A DNA stretch of 64,000 bases from Deferribacterales bacterium (GTDB lineage Bacteria; Chrysiogenota; Deferribacteres; Deferribacterales; Geovibrionaceae): assembly GCA_050253075.1 (NCBI GenBank), contig JBFWJS010000005.1, positions 19,137 through 83,136 on the forward strand. Direction: 5' to 3'. The notes below the pieces were generated by a model. It had not been told where the DNA came from. It saw only the letters and a program-made list of their open reading frames with translations, and made no database searches. Positions 60,415-64,000 of this stretch are shown here, one piece after another (position 1 is the first letter of the stretch; every line of letters begins with the position of its first letter). The position numbers and the translations under genes were made by a program.

Positions 60415-61116
60415 CTAATTGATAACACTGCCCAGAACAAATGGTATGAAATGCTCCGATGTGAGCACCCTTTCCCCTATGGTGAAAGGCACAAAACCTC
60501 TGCCTGTGAAGGTATCCAGCTCTTTGTCTATGAAGCCGCCTTCGGGACCGATGGCGATGATGGCAGGTTCGCACGGCTTAAAGCTGTTCTCTGAATAGGG
60601 ATGTGCGATATATCTGCTCCGCTCCTCGGGCATCATAGGCAGAGCTTCATCTATAAAATTATTGAAAAATCTATGAAATGTAACATCTGGCATCACAGTA
60701 TCCTTACACTGCGACAGAGCCTCTATGCATACCTTATCTACACTTTCTGCTGAGATGTACGGGCTGTCCCAATAGCTCTTTTCCACTCGCCAGCTATTGA
60801 TTATGTGGATGTCCTTCACCCCGATAGATACGGCGGAGAAAAGCATCCTTCGGAAAACCTTCGGGCGGGGCAGCGCAAGTATCAGCGATATCTTATGCGG
60901 TGCGGGCGGCTCTTTCTCCGGAGTGAAACGCAGCTCGGCATAGCTGTCCGTGATGTCTATCACCTCGGCGGTGCCTATGTGCCCGTTCAGCACGCCTGCT
61001 TTCAGCCTGCTCCCCTTTTCGGGTTTCAGATATTTCTGAATGTGTGTAAAACGTGGATCCGATATCCTGACAAGACCGTCCGAGAGCTCTTCGGGTCTGA
61101 TGATGATGAGGTTCAT
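60415..61116 (-). CDS. rsmE: 16S rRNA m3U1498 methyltransferase
   Basis: LPRPK, EALSQC, IGPEGGF, GERVLTSE SPOUT motifs. Confidence 0.88.
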   Translation of the reverse strand: MNLIIIRPEELSDGLVRISDPRFTHIQKYLKPEKGSRLKAGVLNGHIGTAEVIDITDSYAELRFTPEKEPPAPHKISLILALPRPKVFRRMLFSAVSIGVKDIHIINSWRVEKSYWDSPYISAESVDKVCIEALSQCKDTVMPDVTFHRFFNNFIDEALPMMPEERSRYIAHPYSENSFKPCEPAIIAIGPEGGFIDKELDTFTGRGFVPFTIGERVLTSEHFIPFVLGSVIN

Positions 61117-62805
61117 TTAATCTTCCAGAACCCTTATGATGATGGCTTCTCTGCCGTCTGCGCTGTAGTATATCTCGTCTATGATACGGCGGGATATTTT
61201 CACACCCTTGCCGTCCACCTGATCTTTGTCATACATCCATATTTTCAGCGAGTGCGGGTCAAAGCCTGTTCCTTCGTCGGTGATCTTTATAAAGACATAT
61301 CTTTTGCCCATCATTCTGCTAATTCCGAGCTTCACATATATCTTTTTATCACTCTTTGCGGAGTTTATGTATTCGTCGTATTTACCGTCGTTTATCATGC
61401 GGTATTTGCTTCTGTTGTCCAGCTCCATGATGGAGTGCTCGAAGGCGTTCATCACCAGCTCTGTGAAGGCGAGTGTCAGCATGGAGGTGTCTTCTATATC
61501 GAGTTGGTTGCCCACAAGATATTTCTCCACCCATTCGATGGCTTTGCCTACATTCTGCAGAGACGCTTCGAAGTCATATTCCTCACACTCTTTACACTTA
61601 TCCAGCTTTATGATGTGTATGCAAGAAACATCGTCTTCGGGTTCGTTTATTATCTTATTTATATCGTTGTGGAAATCAGTCTTCATAAGGTTCTTCGAAT
61701 AGAAGTCCTTCACCTTTTCCATAACAGTGTCGCCGCTCTTTGTCGTACATTCGTAAAGACCGTCCGTCAGCGCAAGTATCCCTTTGATATCGGCTATGTC
61801 GCATGTATCAGTCTCAAAATCGGAAACATACTTTGTCAGCGGCGGATTATTGCACTTAATTGACTTCACATCGCCGTTCCTATCCTTGATATAGATAGGC
61901 GGAGAGCTGAAATTTGCATATTCCATGGTCTCATTTTCAAAGTCTATCTTAAGGAAGTTTATGCTGAGTATCTCGTCGTCCAGCAGTATGCCTTTAATAT
62001 ATCTGCTGAAAGAAGAGATTATATTGCTGAGGCTTGATGTTATCTCCAGCCCTTCGGTGTCTATGATGTGGTTCATATACGATGTCGTAAGGATGGATGT
62101 AACAGACGCCGAAAGTCCCTTACCCATGGAGTCTGCGAGGAAGACGAATGTTGTCCCGTCGGGCAGACGCCTGATGGAGTATATGTCTCCGCTGAGTATA
62201 TCGAGAGGCTTGTACAGTATATTCATAAATATGCCGTACTCTTCGCCGTATTTATTCTTCATCTCAAATTTCTGAAGGAAGTAATCGTTCAGAATGAGGC
62301 TGAGCTCTTTCTTAAATGCGTTGTTTTCCTGATGGGAATGATACTTTTCACGGTATTTAAGCAGTTCTATCTCCTGCTTCATCGTCTTTTCCTGCAGGCG
62401 GGCGTTTATTATGGGCTGGAGCGATTTCTCAATCGCTTTTTCCAGCAGACGTGCGTCTATAGGCTTTGACAGGAACTGATTAACATTACAGTTGATGGCA
62501 TCCACCAGAGAGTCTTTCTCCGTGTATGCAGTGGTAAGGATGATCGGAACCTCAGGGTCTTCGTCACGGATGCGCATTATCATTTCTATGCCGTCCATGT
62601 ACGCCATCCTATTGTCTGTGATTATGATATCAGGCTTATGTTCACGAAACGCATCCAATCCGGTCTGACCATCGTCAGCGGTGTAAACCTCTCGGAATGA
62701 GCGTTTTAACTTTAATGAAAGATATTCCCGGGCTAACGCCTCATCATCAACACAAAGCACAGTAAGGTCTTTCGTAATATCTTTGAAAAGATTACTTTTA
62801 GTCAT
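61117..62805 (-). CDS. Receiver - SpoIIE/PP2C phosphatase - RsbW-like kinase fusion
   Basis: REC (VDDE, TDNRM, KP); SGDIY, ADSMGKG, LTDGLYE, EDDVS; ELVMNAFEH, DEGTGF, GKGV. Confidence 0.88.
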   Translation of the reverse strand: MTKSNLFKDITKDLTVLCVDDEALAREYLSLKLKRSFREVYTADDGQTGLDAFREHKPDIIITDNRMAYMDGIEMIMRIRDEDPEVPIILTTAYTEKDSLVDAINCNVNQFLSKPIDARLLEKAIEKSLQPIINARLQEKTMKQEIELLKYREKYHSHQENNAFKKELSLILNDYFLQKFEMKNKYGEEYGIFMNILYKPLDILSGDIYSIRRLPDGTTFVFLADSMGKGLSASVTSILTTSYMNHIIDTEGLEITSSLSNIISSFSRYIKGILLDDEILSINFLKIDFENETMEYANFSSPPIYIKDRNGDVKSIKCNNPPLTKYVSDFETDTCDIADIKGILALTDGLYECTTKSGDTVMEKVKDFYSKNLMKTDFHNDINKIINEPEDDVSCIHIIKLDKCKECEEYDFEASLQNVGKAIEWVEKYLVGNQLDIEDTSMLTLAFTELVMNAFEHSIMELDNRSKYRMINDGKYDEYINSAKSDKKIYVKLGISRMMGKRYVFIKITDEGTGFDPHSLKIWMYDKDQVDGKGVKISRRIIDEIYYSADGREAIIIRVLED

Positions 62806-62906
62806 ATCATCCTTTTAATTGATATTGTGCTTTTTTCCTTTAAAAATTAAGTTTATAATAATATAAACAGAAAAGCAAAACTATATATCAATTACGGGGT
62901 CGGTTT

Positions 62907-63200
62907 ATGAATATTCACAAGGGAGATAACGGAAATCTTATAATCACCGGCGAGATGAAAACCATCGAGGACTACTCTTCTATCAAAGCAGCCCTTGTGG
63001 AACTCGTCGGCAGCGGTACAGAATCCGTTATAATAGAGATAAAAGAGTCCATGACGATAACTTCATCCATCATCGGACTGTTTACCAAAACTGTTCACGG
63101 AGACGGCATGAAGATCAGCCTGCACGTCAACAGTGAAAGGCTTTATAACCTCCTTGAAGACCTCAACCTTGTTACCGTATTTAATGTTAAGAAAGTATAG
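62907..63200 (+). CDS. STAS-like anti-sigma factor antagonist
   Basis: 97 aa with an ITSSIIG phospho-serine motif and LEDLNLVTVF; divergent from the phosphatase-kinase gene. Confidence 0.7.
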   Translation: MNIHKGDNGNLIITGEMKTIEDYSSIKAALVELVGSGTESVIIEIKESMTITSSIIGLFTKTVHGDGMKISLHVNSERLYNLLEDLNLVTVFNVKKV

Positions 63201-63223
63201 CTTAAACTAATAAACCGGAAGAT

Positions 63224-64000
63224 ATGAAAAACAGAAAAGTTCTCATAGTAGAATACAAAACAGGTTCCACAGGCGGTCTGGAAGGAGCTTTAAAAGCTCT
63301 GCGTTATTCGACGCACCGAATGAGCTTCCGACTGGAAGATCTGGCGGAAACTGTCAAAGAATTCCATCCCAGTATCCTCATAGTCGACATGTCCGTCCAT
63401 GCTGATAAGAACATTATAGCCAGAGCCACAGAGGTTCAGGAGCAGTTCACCGTGCCGGTAATATATTTTACCGAGGCGATAAACAGCAGGACGCTTTATC
63501 AGACGATGAAGACCGACCACTACGGCTATATCTATTCCCCTTACGACGAAAGCACACTCCAAACGACGATAGAGCTCGCCCTGCACAAGCATAAGAATGA
63601 CGTATCCGTCAGAGAGAGCGAGTATAAATATAAAGAACTGTTTAACAACATGACAAACGGTGTCGTGGTATATGAGCTTCAGGATTTCGGCAGCAGATAC
63701 GTGATAGTGGATGTGAACACGTCCGCAGCGCATATGCTCCACAGAAAGCGTGAAGACACCATCAATAAACCCCTGCTGAACGTTTTTAAAAACGCAATGC
63801 AGTATGGACTGCTGGATACGATAAAGGGCGTACAGGAAACGGGTGAACCCGCCAGCCTGAAAGCACACTATTACGAAGACGAAGTTTTCAAAGGATGGTA
63901 CAACAGCTATCTGTATAACCTGCCTACGGGCGAATGCGTACACATCTTCCACGATATATCCGAGCAGATAGCCGCCGAAAAAGAGCTGAAAAACAAGCAG
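63224..64000 (+). CDS. Signal transduction protein with an atypical receiver domain plus PAS; truncated at the window end and absent from the ORF track
   Basis: Manual translation: MKNRKVLIVEYK...ILIVDMS...VPVIYFT...YGYIYSPYDESTLQTTIELALHKH...ESEYKYKELFNNMTNGVVVYE. Open to position 64000. Confidence 0.85.
   Translation, partial: MKNRKVLIVEYKTGSTGGLEGALKALRYSTHRMSFRLEDLAETVKEFHPSILIVDMSVHADKNIIARATEVQEQFTVPVIYFTEAINSRTLYQTMKTDHYGYIYSPYDESTLQTTIELALHKHKNDVSVRESEYKYKELFNNMTNGVVVYELQDFGSRYVIVDVNTSAAHMLHRKREDTINKPLLNVFKNAMQYGLLDTIKGVQETGEPASLKAHYYEDEVFKGWYNSYLYNLPTGECVHIFHDISEQIAAEKELKNKQ

Noticed and set aside
60805..61863. 352-aa plus-strand ORF
   Set aside because: Shadow of rsmE and the phosphatase-kinase gene, with an implausible composition.
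63290..63952. 220-aa minus-strand ORF from the track
   Set aside because: Antisense to the real REC-PAS gene starting at 63224.

Overview
Bacterial chromosomal window from a probably anaerobic or microaerotolerant organism. The signalling repertoire (for example the AHQWRQPL-type kinase and the REC-SpoIIE-HATPase fusion) suggests Deferribacterota or a similar lineage, but this is inference only. Positions 1-5260 are the right end of an AT-rich island. It carries a truncated Abi-alpha/DUF4393-like gene and a 1505-aa nuclease-STAND ATPase (Avs/AVAST-like anti-phage protein), and ends at a duplicated 3' half of tRNA-Arg(ACG), an att site. The rest looks like core genome: an RRM RNA-binding protein; two-component genes with an NtrC-type activator divergent from a sigma54-driven chemosensory operon (CheA carries an MshEN-like motif); an unusual dmpF-dmpG-glcD-glcF-iclR-TRAP catabolic cluster whose DctP has an in-frame deletion; cydAB; a Fur/PerR regulator; a metal ABC operon with a permease-DtxR fusion; nucleoside, amino-acid and uracil transport and salvage genes; and a partner-switching module. 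Several intergenic regions carry structured repeats, including hairpins with variable stems but a constant CA-TCC(R)-TG apex, which reads as CsrA-type GGA loops on the minus strand. No rRNA, intact tRNA, CRISPR array, integrase or transposase was seen. All family assignments come from motif recognition by eye; no database search was run.
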